Shown: in pieces, positions 1-10,549 of the stretch
Position numbering within the stretch: position 1 is the stretch's first letter
Layout: each line of letters begins with the position of its first letter
NCBI GenBank assembly: GCA_030390025.1
Contig: CM059431.1
Span: 137,270,001-137,334,000 of the forward strand
DNA from: Squalus acanthias
Lineage: Eukaryota
Reading direction: 5' to 3'
Length of the DNA: 64,000 nt
Made by a program: the position numbers and the translations under genes
Notes under the pieces: generated by a model
What the model was told of the DNA's origin: nothing
Databases searched by the model: none
What the model saw: the letters and a program-made list of their open reading frames with translations, nothing else

Positions 1-164
1 AATTGCAAATAACCACCATTGTAACACATTGTTTCCACACTAAATGAAACATTATCTGTTATTTAAACTGAGAGTTTCATTCCAGTACCTACGGTGTGAG
101 GCAGTTAACGCTGACGCCCACATGTTCTACTCCACTGCTGAAGCTCAATCATGACCGTTCTTTC

Positions 165-845
165 ACAGTATTGCATAGTATTTACAGCAGAGAAACAGGC
201 CATTCGGCCCAACAGGTCCAAGCTGGTGAAAATGCTCCACACGAGCCTCCTTCCACACCTCTTCCTCTAACTCCATCAACATATCCTTCTATCCCTTTCT
301 CCCATATGAGCCTATCCAGCTTCCCCTTAAATACATCTGTTATTCGCGTCAAATATTCCGTGTGGCAGCGAGTTCCACATTCTCACCACTCTCCGGGTAA
401 AAAAGTTTCTCCTGAACTCCCTATTGGATTTATTAGTGACTATCTTATATTTATGGTCCCAAGTTCTGGTCTCCCCCGCAAGTGAACACATCTTCCCTAC
501 GTCTACCAATGAAACCCTTTCCTAATCTTAAAGACATCTATCAGGTCACCCCTCAGCCTTTTCTTTCCGAGGGAACAGAGCTCCAGCCTGTCCAATCTTT
601 CCTGCTATGTATACACTCTCAGTTCTCGTATCATCCCAGTAAATCTTTATTTACATCTTCTCCATTGTCTTTATGTCCTTGTTTATAATATGGAGACCGG
701 TAATGTGCGCAGTTCTCCAAGTGTGGTCTCACCAAGGTTCGATACAAGTTTAACATAATGTAACTACTTTGCAACTCTATTCCTCTAGAAATAAACACTA
801 GTGCTCGATTTGCTTTTTATGGCCTTATTAACCTGCCTCATTAAC
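165..845 (-). mobile_element. CR1-type LINE 3' fragment
   Basis: Minus-strand ORF 327..509 has the CR1 ORF2 C-terminal motif (FRRNFFTRRVVRMWNSLP). The CR1 tail stem 'ggccattcggccc' lies near 198. Boundaries approximate. Confidence 0.85.
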
Positions 846-865
846 ATCTTGTTATTGTTGAAAAT

Positions 866-1157
866 GGAGTTATTTACTGAGATCAGCAAACAATCTCTGA
901 TCAATTACACTACAACAACAACTTGAGTTTTTGACTGAGCTCAGCAAACAATCTCTGATCAATTACACTACAACAACAACTTGAGTTATTGACTGAGCTC
1001 AGCAAACAATCTCTGATCAAGTACACTACAACAACAACTTGAGTTATTGACTGAGCTCAGCAAACAATCGCTGATCAATTACACTGCAACAACAACTTGA
1101 GTTATTGGCTGAGTACAGCAAACAATCTCTGATCAATTACACTACAACAACAACTTG
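866..1157. repeat. 58-bp tandem repeat, about 5 copies
   Basis: Unit ttgagttattgactgagctcagcaaacaatctctgatcaattacactacaacaacaac; 'cagcaaa' recurs at 884, 942, 1000 (period 58). Confidence 0.95.
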
Positions 1158-1400
1158 CATTGATAGGAAATCTCTTTCAATATTGAGCGGGAAGGGCGCT
1201 GTTTTAGCGGGAATCGATTATGTTCACCCGGGGAAAGCAGCAGACATCAAACACCCAGCACAAAGTAGAGGAAATGTTTTCTGATTCCTGTTGATTTTGT
1301 TCAAATTGTCTTTGGTCACAACAGAAAGACGTTCATTCCAAAATAGAACACGGGCAAATGAACTTTAGCAAGGACAGGAAGCCTTGGCTTAATGTTCCAT

Positions 1401-2302
1401 TTATTTAACCAATATCAGAATCAATGTCCAAGGAGATTTCACCACCGTCTTCAGCTCTTCTCTTAATTTAGTTTGTGCAGCTTCATAAATACACGTGTTT
1501 GTACAGGAACTCAGATGCATGAGCATAGATCAGGCTTCTGTGGGGATGTATGCAGGAGATGTATAATCACCTTGGTAATGCGCGGTGTTTCGCAGTCTGG
1601 TAGTTAAAAGACTAACGATAGCTGTCAGCCATAACAGTATAAAACTGCCCGATACACTGAACAGTAAAATGATGGATTTCCCTCTATTCTCCATCTCTCG
1701 ATCGCTCTGATTCTCACTGCTGTGACCCCGGAGTTCCCTGCGGTCTCTACTGGCCATTAGAATACGTCTGATTGTCAAACAATTAAACAGTAATATCAAA
1801 GCAAATGGACTCCACATCGTTAAAATACCTTGTAACCGGGAGAACCCGACCCCTGCAGGCGATGAAAAATCGTCCAGTCCGGGGTAACAACCCCAATGAA
1901 TAGTGTTAATTATTCGATCAGGTTTATAGACAATCAAACCTGGAATGCTTTGTAAACAGATCAGGACAGAAACCGTTGTTATGGCCACAGCCGCAGTTCT
2001 CACTCTGCAATAATTTGTTTTAAACTTCTGACAACATAAGGCTAGAAATCGGTCAAAGGTAAACATGATTGTAACCCACACCGACATATCCAGGCTGGTA
2101 GAATTGATGTAAATAATGCACTTAAAAACTGCAGTGTAGAACAGGAAGGACCGAGGAAAGTGATTTATACAAATGTGATACACTATTACATTGAGGATCA
2201 TGACCAGTAGATCTGCTGTTGCCATGGTCACCATGCAGACAGAGATACTTTTGAAAAGGCCGCAGTTTCCTCTGGAGAGAATCACCATTGTCAGTAGGTT
2301 CG
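1401..2302 (-). pseudogene. GPR139-like class A GPCR, copy 1, main coding exon (TM1 end to C-terminus) with premature stop
   Basis: Acceptor TCTTACAG|CG at 2302; translation NLLTMVILSRG..MATADLLV..FTFDRF..SIILLFSVSGSFILLWL. In-frame TGA at 1530-1532, after which the frame continues SMLMHLSSCTNTCIY..ILVK* to 1401, matching copy 2. The TM3 Cys of copy 2 (AVCK) reads AVFK here. No matching exon 1 found directly upstream. Confidence 0.85.
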
Positions 2303-3911
2303 CTGTAAGAAAGAGAGACAAGAGGTCAGTAACAGGGACACTCGGATAAATCTTACAGCTTATTGTGGGCAAATGTTGAGATGTGTTCCTATTATTTGTA
2401 ATACAGGAGAGCGTTGTCGACATGTTGTTCAAAGGAAATGCTTGATTCTACACTCCCTATAGAGGGACTGAGAATGACCATCCTTCCAGCATACTTCAGT
2501 CAGGCGTTGTCAAGGCGGCGCGGGGAGCAGGGTCGCTCGGATTCAGTATCGGGAATGGACACGGAGAGCGATCCCCACCACCACAGACACCCAGGCACTG
2601 ATATAGGAGGATATTAACTTTGTGCGATAATGTAAAACCGGCGACATTGGATCAGCCGTCCGTCATACATCTCTCCCGATTGTCATTTCAATCGCTATTG
2701 CCCCTGACACTGGACTGAGTCTCCATTCACACTCTAACTGTGCGATCCAGGTCAAGCCGGAGTACCTCGCAGGGACGGTGCAGTTACAGATAAAAGCCCC
2801 TTAAAGTGAAACCATGGCTGGTTCTGTAACTTGTTCATATTCGAGAGACAATAAAGAAGCGGATTCCCTTACATGCATCCAAACACACATTCCATTGCAG
2901 TGTGGAGCGCTGAAACCATCCCGCCATGAGGCTGGGACCATGTGATGCACCGAGCCAATTTGATGAGTTACTACAGCGGCCCCAGGGAGCAATCGATGGA
3001 ATTTTACATTTAATCTCATCGGTTTAATTGGCGATGGGGCTCTCGGGAGCGGCATCCGATGTCAGCTGTATTCAATATAATTTACAAACAATTACTGGAA
3101 AGTTATGAATTCAAACTTAATATTCAGCTGAGACACAAAGCATTATAACCACAAACCGCGACCGCTGCTGCAGACCAGGGGATCACAGGATGGTGAAAAT
3201 AACAACCATCGCAAAGAAATGAAGGGACACCTGATCAGTGAACTCCCGGTAAACTAGGGGAGTGAGTAGGAGCTAGAACTCCAAATAGAGAAATACTACT
3301 GATTAAAAAGGATTCGATTCCTGAACTTACTGTTCATAGAGTTAAACCCATGGGGCTGAGGGCTTAGGAGTAAAACTGTGAGAAAGGCCTTGATGGTTGT
3401 GACTGCTCCCGTGAGACGACGCACTGGATCCCAGCAGAGGATCGGGCTGTAGATCCCACAGTCCATGGAGGGAGTGCAAGGTACTGAAGGATTCTTTCCC
3501 GGCTCTTTAAAGGGAGGAAACATTCCGGACAGACCATTCCGGACACAAACGGATAGCCGCAGAAATCCCCGACCCATGGGCAGAGCTCTTGGAGTCTGTC
3601 CACAGCTGAATGGGACCTTGAGGTCCAGTGTCGATTGATGGAAATTCAGCCCCAGCATCAATGGGTCTCAGACTCTCTTCGCCGAATTCACTGATTTCCG
3701 GCCACTCTGAGCAAAGCCGAGCCGCTCCCGCCATGGCCAGTGATTCCGACAGGGGAAAGTTGGCATTTGCAGCCCAGAGCAAAGGGCTTTCACCCACTGG
3801 TGGACTTTCTGAGTTCACTTGGTTCCAGTCATTCTGCTATAATCTGAATCAACCCAGCATCTCCCGGGGTGTCATTTTCAAACTCTAACACTGTGCTGGG
3901 ACGGCATTGAA

Positions 3912-4260
3912 GTGTCGGCCAGAGGCAGCACATGGGCCTCAGCAACAGACTCAGAGAGACTCCCAGTACAACATGGTTTCATTCCCCACACCAGCCCCAT
4001 TGTAGTGTCAACCAATGGCAGCACATGGGCCTCAGTAACAGACTCAGAGAAACTCCCAGTCCAACATGTTTTCATTCCCCACACCAGCCCCATTGTAGTA
4101 TCGGCCAAAGGCAGCACATGGGCCTCAGCAACAGACTCAGAGAGACTCCCAGTACAACATGGTTTCATTCCCCACACCAGCATCATTGTAGTATCGGGAA
4201 AAGGCAGCACATGGACCTCAGCAACAGATTCAGAGAGACTCCCAGTACAACAGGGATTTA
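3912..4260. repeat. 93-bp tandem repeat, about 3.7 copies
   Basis: 31-codon periodicity visible in three overlapping ORFs (e.g. minus strand AEAHVLPLADTTMGLVWGMKPCCTGSLSESV). Confidence 0.9.
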
Positions 4261-4799
4261 ATCTCCACACCCTTGCCAATGTGGTCTCTCTAAGGGGAAT
4301 TTCCTGCCACTTTTGCGAGGCCAGGATTGTTTTCTGTGGTGCGGGCCGATAATATAAAGAACTGACGCTGATTTTATATACTAACTGGGACTAGAGAAAG
4401 GTCTCTGGTTTCACAGAACAGACCTGGTGTGACCAACACTCACATTGGACAAGACGGCATAAACCAGGAAGCTTCATCAATGATTGGAAAGGCTGCGAAT
4501 CCCATCAGTACAGGATTTTTTCAAGGTGAGATTCTATCAAGCTATTGGGCGCCGTTTAATTTCTGGCAAAAAGGCTCGGTGTTTGATGCGGTAATTTGAC
4601 TGTGGATTCACTGGTATGTAAAGCTCGCCCATACCTCACCTGGGAGTGCGTGATGCTTACATGTACAAGGATTTCTGTCCTGTATTCATACCATGCTGTG
4701 CGTGAGATGGTGAGCTTCATTGGGTAAGAGGAGCTGTACGCTGCTTTGGCCACATGCTGTATTTGAGTTCACTGTGCTTGATGAACGATAATACTGTGA

Positions 4800-5280
4800 G
4801 ATTAACAATGTATCCAAATCCTGTCTACCTGCCCTGTGAATGTTTGATGGAACAGTGTCGAGGGAGCTTTCTGTATGCGAACCGTGCTGTACCTCACCTT
4901 GGAGTCTTTGATGGGTTAGTATGGAAGGAGCTTTACTCTGTATCTACCCCGTGCTGGACCTGTCGTGAGAGTCTTTGATGGGATAATGTGGTGGGAGCTT
5001 TACTCTGTATGTAACCCATGCTATTCCTGACCTGGGAGACTTTGATGGGATAGTGTGGAGGGAGCTTCACTCTATATCTACCCGGTGCTGGACATATTGT
5101 GGGAGTCTTTGATGGGATAGTGTGAAGGGTGATTTACTCTGTATGTGACCCGTGCTTAACCTGCCGTGGGAGTCTTTTATCGGCAGTTTAAATATGCTTT
5201 ACATTGCATGTAACCCATGCTGTACCTGAATTGGCAGTGTTTGATGGGACGGTGTAGAGGTAGCTTTAATCTGCATGTAT
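4800..5280 (+). repeat. 67-bp satellite, diverged copies
   Basis: 'tttgatggg' at 4907, 4974, 5041, 5108 (period 67). The same unit occurs inverted at 43.85-44.2 kb and 45.4-45.65 kb. Confidence 0.9.
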
Positions 5281-5953
5281 ATGTTGCCTTTCAGCAGCAG
5301 CAGCAGCAGCAGTAACCCTGTCACGAGCCAATTGCTGAAGGGCCAGAGATTGTCCACAATGGCCTTTCACTTGGGTCAGAGGGCTCCAGTCACGGGGTAG
5401 GGGAAAGCGCAGGAGACATTAGGGTGTCACCTATTGCACAATTCACCTCCTTCGATCCTCAGGCACAGATGCGAGGGGGATATCAGTCAATGTTTTAATG
5501 TTTGCTGTTATTTAAATGCTGGCGTTGTGTTATTTCGTGAAATTTATATTTCTGACTCATAGCGTATTTAAACATTTCGTTTTATATGTAAAGCCTCCAG
5601 TCACTTTATTTCTTTATTCAACTTTTTTTTATTAACAACCAATTGAACATTACAACTGTTTAAAAAATTAGAAAATAGCTAGATTTCATCTTGAATGTAA
5701 ATTCTTTATTGCACTAAGTAACGCAAAAAGTCACATTAAACGGTTTACATTTTTTATCAACCAATTTATCTTTGCAAATGCTTACAAAGTAGAAAATAGC
5801 TAGCTAACAATTTGTATTTCAAGACGGAGAACATCAAAACAGTATAACAAAAGTCTTTAATGGTGCAATAAACGTTCACTGTTTCACATTAAATTGTGTC
5901 TGTTCTTTCCTGTGCCTTGCTGGGGGAGGGGGAGGTAGGAGGCGACACTATCA

Positions 5954-7085
5954 TCACCTCGGAAACGTGTTGGCTACCAGCAGTTCCCTGGCAGCTTTGG
6001 TTTCAGCAGCACTTGGCTCCTCCCCATCAGGCCTGGCCACAAAGATATTGGCATCCTCCATGTCCTCCATTTCAGCAGGGAGCTCGTCTGCTGGGTTAAG
6101 GGTCAGTCCTTCCCGCAGGGCAAAGTTATGCAAAGCACAAAAGGCCACCACAATCCTTGCCACTTTCAGAAGAGAATACTGCAAACTCCCCCCCACCCCC
6201 GCCGTCCTGTCCAGGCACCGGAAGCGTGATTTCAGAACCCCGATTTTCCTCTCCACCACTTGCCGTGTGGACACGTGTGCCCGGTCGTATCTCTCCTGAG
6301 CCTCATTATTGGTCCTGTGGTATGGTGTCATCAACCATGGTTTTATTGGGTAGCCCTTGTCGCCCAATATCCATGCGGATCCTGGAGGCAATGTAATGTG
6401 GGTGCTATATAAGTCCGAGTGACGGAGGACGAAGGAGTCATCAGCACTTCCCCGGTGAACTGCATTCATGTTTAGAATCCTGAGTTGCGCATCACAGACG
6501 ATTATTACATTTAATGAATGAAACCCCTTCCTGTTGTTGTATGTGACAGGTGCATGAATTGGTGCCTGCAATGCAACATGGGTTCCACCGACGGCCCCAA
6601 TCACTTTGGGGAAGCCAGCAATCCTATAAAATAAAAGGGCCTCTCCTTTTGCTGCCGAGTGAACAAGTCGAAGTCTATGAACTCTGAATCCCTGCGGAAT
6701 ATGGCATCTGTGACCTGGTGAAAGCAGGTCCTCGAGCACTCTGGGAGATGTTTGAAATGTCATCGGTGCCTGACTGAACTGACCCGCATGCAAAGAAGTT
6801 CAGTGCTGTGGTTACCTTCATGGACACTGACCAGGCAGTGCGGGTCATTGAGCGTGTCACATAATAGGTCAAATGTCTCTTTACAAAACTGCAGCCTGCT
6901 CACACACACATCCTCCAACAGCATCTGAAACGACAGCCTCTCCCTGTACCCTCTCTGGGTGGGTAGTAGTTCCTCCTGATTAGGTGGCGGTCATTGTTCC
7001 TCAGTCTTCTTTGTTGTTCCCTGGCGTTTTCGAATCTATGGGCCAGAATCACAAACAAGATCGGGGCTGACTCCTCATGAGGCAT
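5954..7085 (-). pseudogene. PIF/Harbinger transposase (HARBI1-like DDE nuclease), decayed
   Basis: Motifs GFPKVIGAVGGTHV (first catalytic D replaced by G), YNNRKGFHSLNV, ILGDKGYP, RQVVERKIGVLKSRFRCL, LHNF. The N-terminus is split over ORFs 6900..7085, 6675..6872 and 5954..6793 by frameshifts. Confidence 0.9.
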
Positions 7086-7177
7086 GATTCTCCCTCACAG
7101 GCTTCCTCTTTAAATAGATGCAGTAAATGTAGGGAAGAAATGGAAAGAGTTGTAAACGTCATATTAATAAAGTGAGT

Positions 7178-7280
7178 GGGTAGAAATTCACGGCGGGCGG
7201 TGGCGGGAAACGGCCCGTATCGGATCGGCCGCCCGTCAGACCCGCCTGATCAATATCACCGCCTGAGAACAATTTCTAAC
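7178..7280. mobile_element. Short MITE-like element with terminal inverted repeats
   Basis: GGTAGAAATT (7179-7188) versus AATTTCTAAC (7271-7280; reverse complement GTTAGAAATT), enclosing a GC-rich core within AT-rich DNA. Confidence 0.5.
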
Positions 7281-7719
7281 TTTTAAAACATTTTACAAAG
7301 TCATACATTAATTTGTAAACAGCATAAAAAAGTTAACATTTAAAACATTCATATATTTTGTCATAATTTTAAACATGAGTAAATGTGACCAAAATCATTT
7401 TTAAACAGTCATTTTCAATTTAAAAAAAAGAAATCTATTTGAATAGAATGCTCACCTTGTCCACAGCGAAATCTTCTAATCACCGACACTCCTCAGAACT
7501 AGATCAAAAACCAATGAAATATTTAACAAATTAAAGTTGTTGCAAACTTAAATCAGGCTTTGTATCAAGAACTTTGTTAACTTTAAAAGCTAAAACAGTC
7601 CGGTTTCCAGCCCCCTGACTTCCACGTCTTCTTCCTGCTCCTTCTTTAGATAGAATGCCGGCTGTCCGCCTGCTTTATTTCTGTCGTTGCAGTTTCGTCA
7701 ATAACTGCTGGCCAGTAGT

Positions 7720-7863
7720 TGGACAAATAGCGCAAATCTGCACCAGATCGCAATTTCCAATTTTTTAGGGCATGCGCTTCGCATGCCTAAACCCGGAACT
7801 TGCGCGGCCCCTACGGAGTCCTGCGCACGTCGTACGAACCCGTAGGGTCGCAAAATACGGCCC
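7720..7863 (-). mobile_element. Probable Harbinger element terminus (TIR and subterminal palindromes)
   Basis: Minus strand begins GGGCCGTATTTTGCGACCC. Contains inverted repeats CCCTACGG/CCGTAGGG and GGCATGCG/CGCATGCC. A related sequence starts at about 63581. Confidence 0.55.
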
Positions 7864-8099
7864 GTATTGTATTGTAGCTGGCTTCAGCACCAGAAGTTGC
7901 ATTACCTTCTTCATGCTAACAATCCTATGACAAACATAAAAAGGCCACAGGAATATCCGGGACCTGAATACGTGCGAGACACTGCTCTTTATCCACCAGG
8001 TAATGTGGACCATGACGAGCTGTTTCACCTTGTCCAGAACTGTAAAACCAGAGAGCATGGCCAAAGATTGGTGGGGGTAAATTCAAAACTAATTTCTGG

Positions 8100-8710
8100 A
8101 ACCGTTATTTCAATGAGCGACGGTCTATCTATGGAACAGACTTGCTCCTAATCTTTAGAATTAAAACTAAAGGACAGGGGAATTCAGCGAAACACGAAAA
8201 GCAAAATTACAAATATAATAAAGGGGAATTTTGGGGAACACTGTAACTGTTTAGTTAGAAATGGAGAACAGGAAAATTAAGTGGAAAAAATGAACTGTTA
8301 ATTAGAAATAGAATAAAGGGAATATAGGGGAATGCAGTAATGGCTTAATTAGAAATAGAGGTCAGGGGAATATGGCAACTGATATTAGAAATAGGGACCA
8401 GAGGAACACAATAACACTTCATTTAGAAGTAGGGGACAGGGGAAGACAGCAACGGTTCAATTAGAAATAGAACAACAAGGACATTCAGGGGAATAAATTA
8501 ACTTTCCAATTAGAAATAGAATAAAAGGAGACATGGGATAACACAGTAAATAACTGTTTACTTAAAAGCGGGGGACTGGGGAGACAGTAACTGTTTATGT
8601 AGAAATGGAGGAGACGGGAATGTCAGGGAAACACAATAACTGTTTGATTAGAAATAGAGACACACAAGGGAATACAACAACTGGTTAATTAGAAACAGGG
8701 GACGGGGAAT
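8100..8710. repeat. Degenerate purine-rich tandem repeat (about 35-45 bp units)
   Basis: Recurrent 'attagaaatag...aggggaa...cagtaactgttt' units. Confidence 0.75.
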
Positions 8711-9924
8711 CACAACCGCATAAGATTGAATGTGACACGGTAATGTAATGGTTAATTATTCATGCCTTTGCTTTCTAATTTGCCTGTGGAGTTTGGATGA
8801 TGTGGTTGATTGAAGGTCGCCTTCTCAGGATTGTAGCTGGGTGCAGAACATCGCTGACTGATGGAACTAAAACCTCTGCCGGCTGCCTGACTCGGGCTTT
8901 AAATACTACTGGTTGTCCTCATCAGGTAAATGAGAATGTGGCTCTTAGACAAAACCGCCCACAACTAATCACCACTTTCTCCAGAAGCTGGATGCTAGCC
9001 GGATTGGCAGAGCTCGGGCTCCACGGGGCCCTGCAACCAAGAGGAGTTTGGTTCTGGAGAACGTCTGGGTCAAGTGGAACGTTAAAGAGTGACGGGTAAA
9101 GCGGGCTCTTAATCAGGTTAGTAAATGGAGCCCATTCACAATTAAAGTACAAAGGCTATTGTCAGCATAAGCTTTTCAATAATGTTCCTGAACATTGGAG
9201 TGAGGTGTCATGGATTTATTAAGCACATAATACATGCAATAGTACTTACACACACACTTAAAAGGTAGGAATGAGAAGCAGGCGTGATGATGTTGGTGTA
9301 GAGACCAAACATGTCACAGTCCTGAGCTCAGTATCTTAGGACTTTACCAAACCGGATATTCATTAAAAACTGTTAGTTTTTGTTCATTTTTCTCACTCCC
9401 TGTACTCGATATCCTCACATTTCTGCATTACACAATTATATCAAAGTTAAAATAAAACTCCACATAAAGATAATTTAATTGATTTATCTGATCGATAGTT
9501 TCACCCTTGACACTTATAATTGCAATTGTACCAAATGAAACCTTTAACAGTGAGACTATCTGTTTCTGTATCTATTGTACTAATTGAAAATGATGATGGA
9601 TGTCCAGATGTTTTCCTTTGCAGAACTTACTCTCTTCCCAAACTGGTACCAAATGATAAAATTTCCCTGAAATTGATGAATCTGTTTGAAATGTCATGAG
9701 TTTCATTACATCGCTTATTAATTCATCCTGAAACTGACCATTGCTGCAGAGTCAGCCCTGGTCCAACAGCCCAGTGGTACTTTAAACAGACTTGTACTTC
9801 CCTGCTTAACAGGAAACGGCTAAAGGTTAACATTGCTACAAAATAAAGATAAACCCATACAGTATCACATTAGCTGACTTTATGATATTCAGATTAGTGG
9901 GAAATGATTATATTGACCCGGGGT

Positions 9925-10384
9925 AAAAGAAAGAAAAGGAAAGATGTGTATTTATATAGCTCCTGTCACGACCACCGGCCCTTTGGTGCCAATGAAGTAC
10001 TTTTTGAGGTGTAACCACTGTTCTAATGTAGGAAACACGGCAGCCAATTTACGCACAGCAAGCTCCCACAAACAGCAATGTAATAATGAACAGATAATTA
10101 GTTTTTTAGTGATGGTGATTGAGGGATAAATATTCGCTGGGACACCCGGGATTACTCCCTGCTCCTCTTCGAGATAATGCAAAGGATTTTTACGTCCACC
10201 TGAGAGGGTAGACGGAGTCTCAGTTTAGCGTCTAATTCGAAAGAGGGCACCTCCGACAGTGCAGCACTCCCTCAGCCCTGCACTGGAGTGTCAGCCTAGA
10301 TTAGGGTAGATTATTGAGTCTCTGGAGTGGGACTTGAAGCTACAACCTTCTCACAAGGTTGCTACCAGCTGAGCCACGGCTGAC
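9925..10384 (-). mobile_element. DeuSINE (SacSINE1/AmnSINE1-like), inserted downstream of GPCR copy 2
   Basis: Deu-domain-like core (ttttacgtccacctgagagggtagacggagtctcagtttagcgtc..ggcacctccgacagtgcagcactccctcag), tRNA-like head near 10330-10384, and imperfect flanking duplication tgacccgggg/tgacccaggg. Absent at the homologous position (about 1227) of copy 1. Confidence 0.75.
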
Positions 10385-10549
10385 CCAGGGAAAGCAGCAG
10401 ACACAAAACACACGGCACAAAAAGGAGGAAAGGTTTTCTGATACCTGTTCATTTTCACAGCAACAATCGGCTTTCGTCCTAACGGTAAGACGGCCATTCT
10501 AAAATGGAACACGGGCTGTCATTTTACTCTACTTAAAGGAAGCTGTTGT

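Noticed and set aside
866..1157. CRISPR-like array (also considered for 13380-14838 and 3912-4260)
   Set aside because: Units are head-to-tail with no unique spacers, there are no cas genes, and the context is vertebrate.
2303..2432. N-terminus of ORF 1530..2432 as real protein
   Set aside because: It is intron read-through upstream of a splice acceptor conserved in both copies.
8730..9250. Possible solo LTR
   Set aside because: Could not define TG..CA ends or a TSD by eye.
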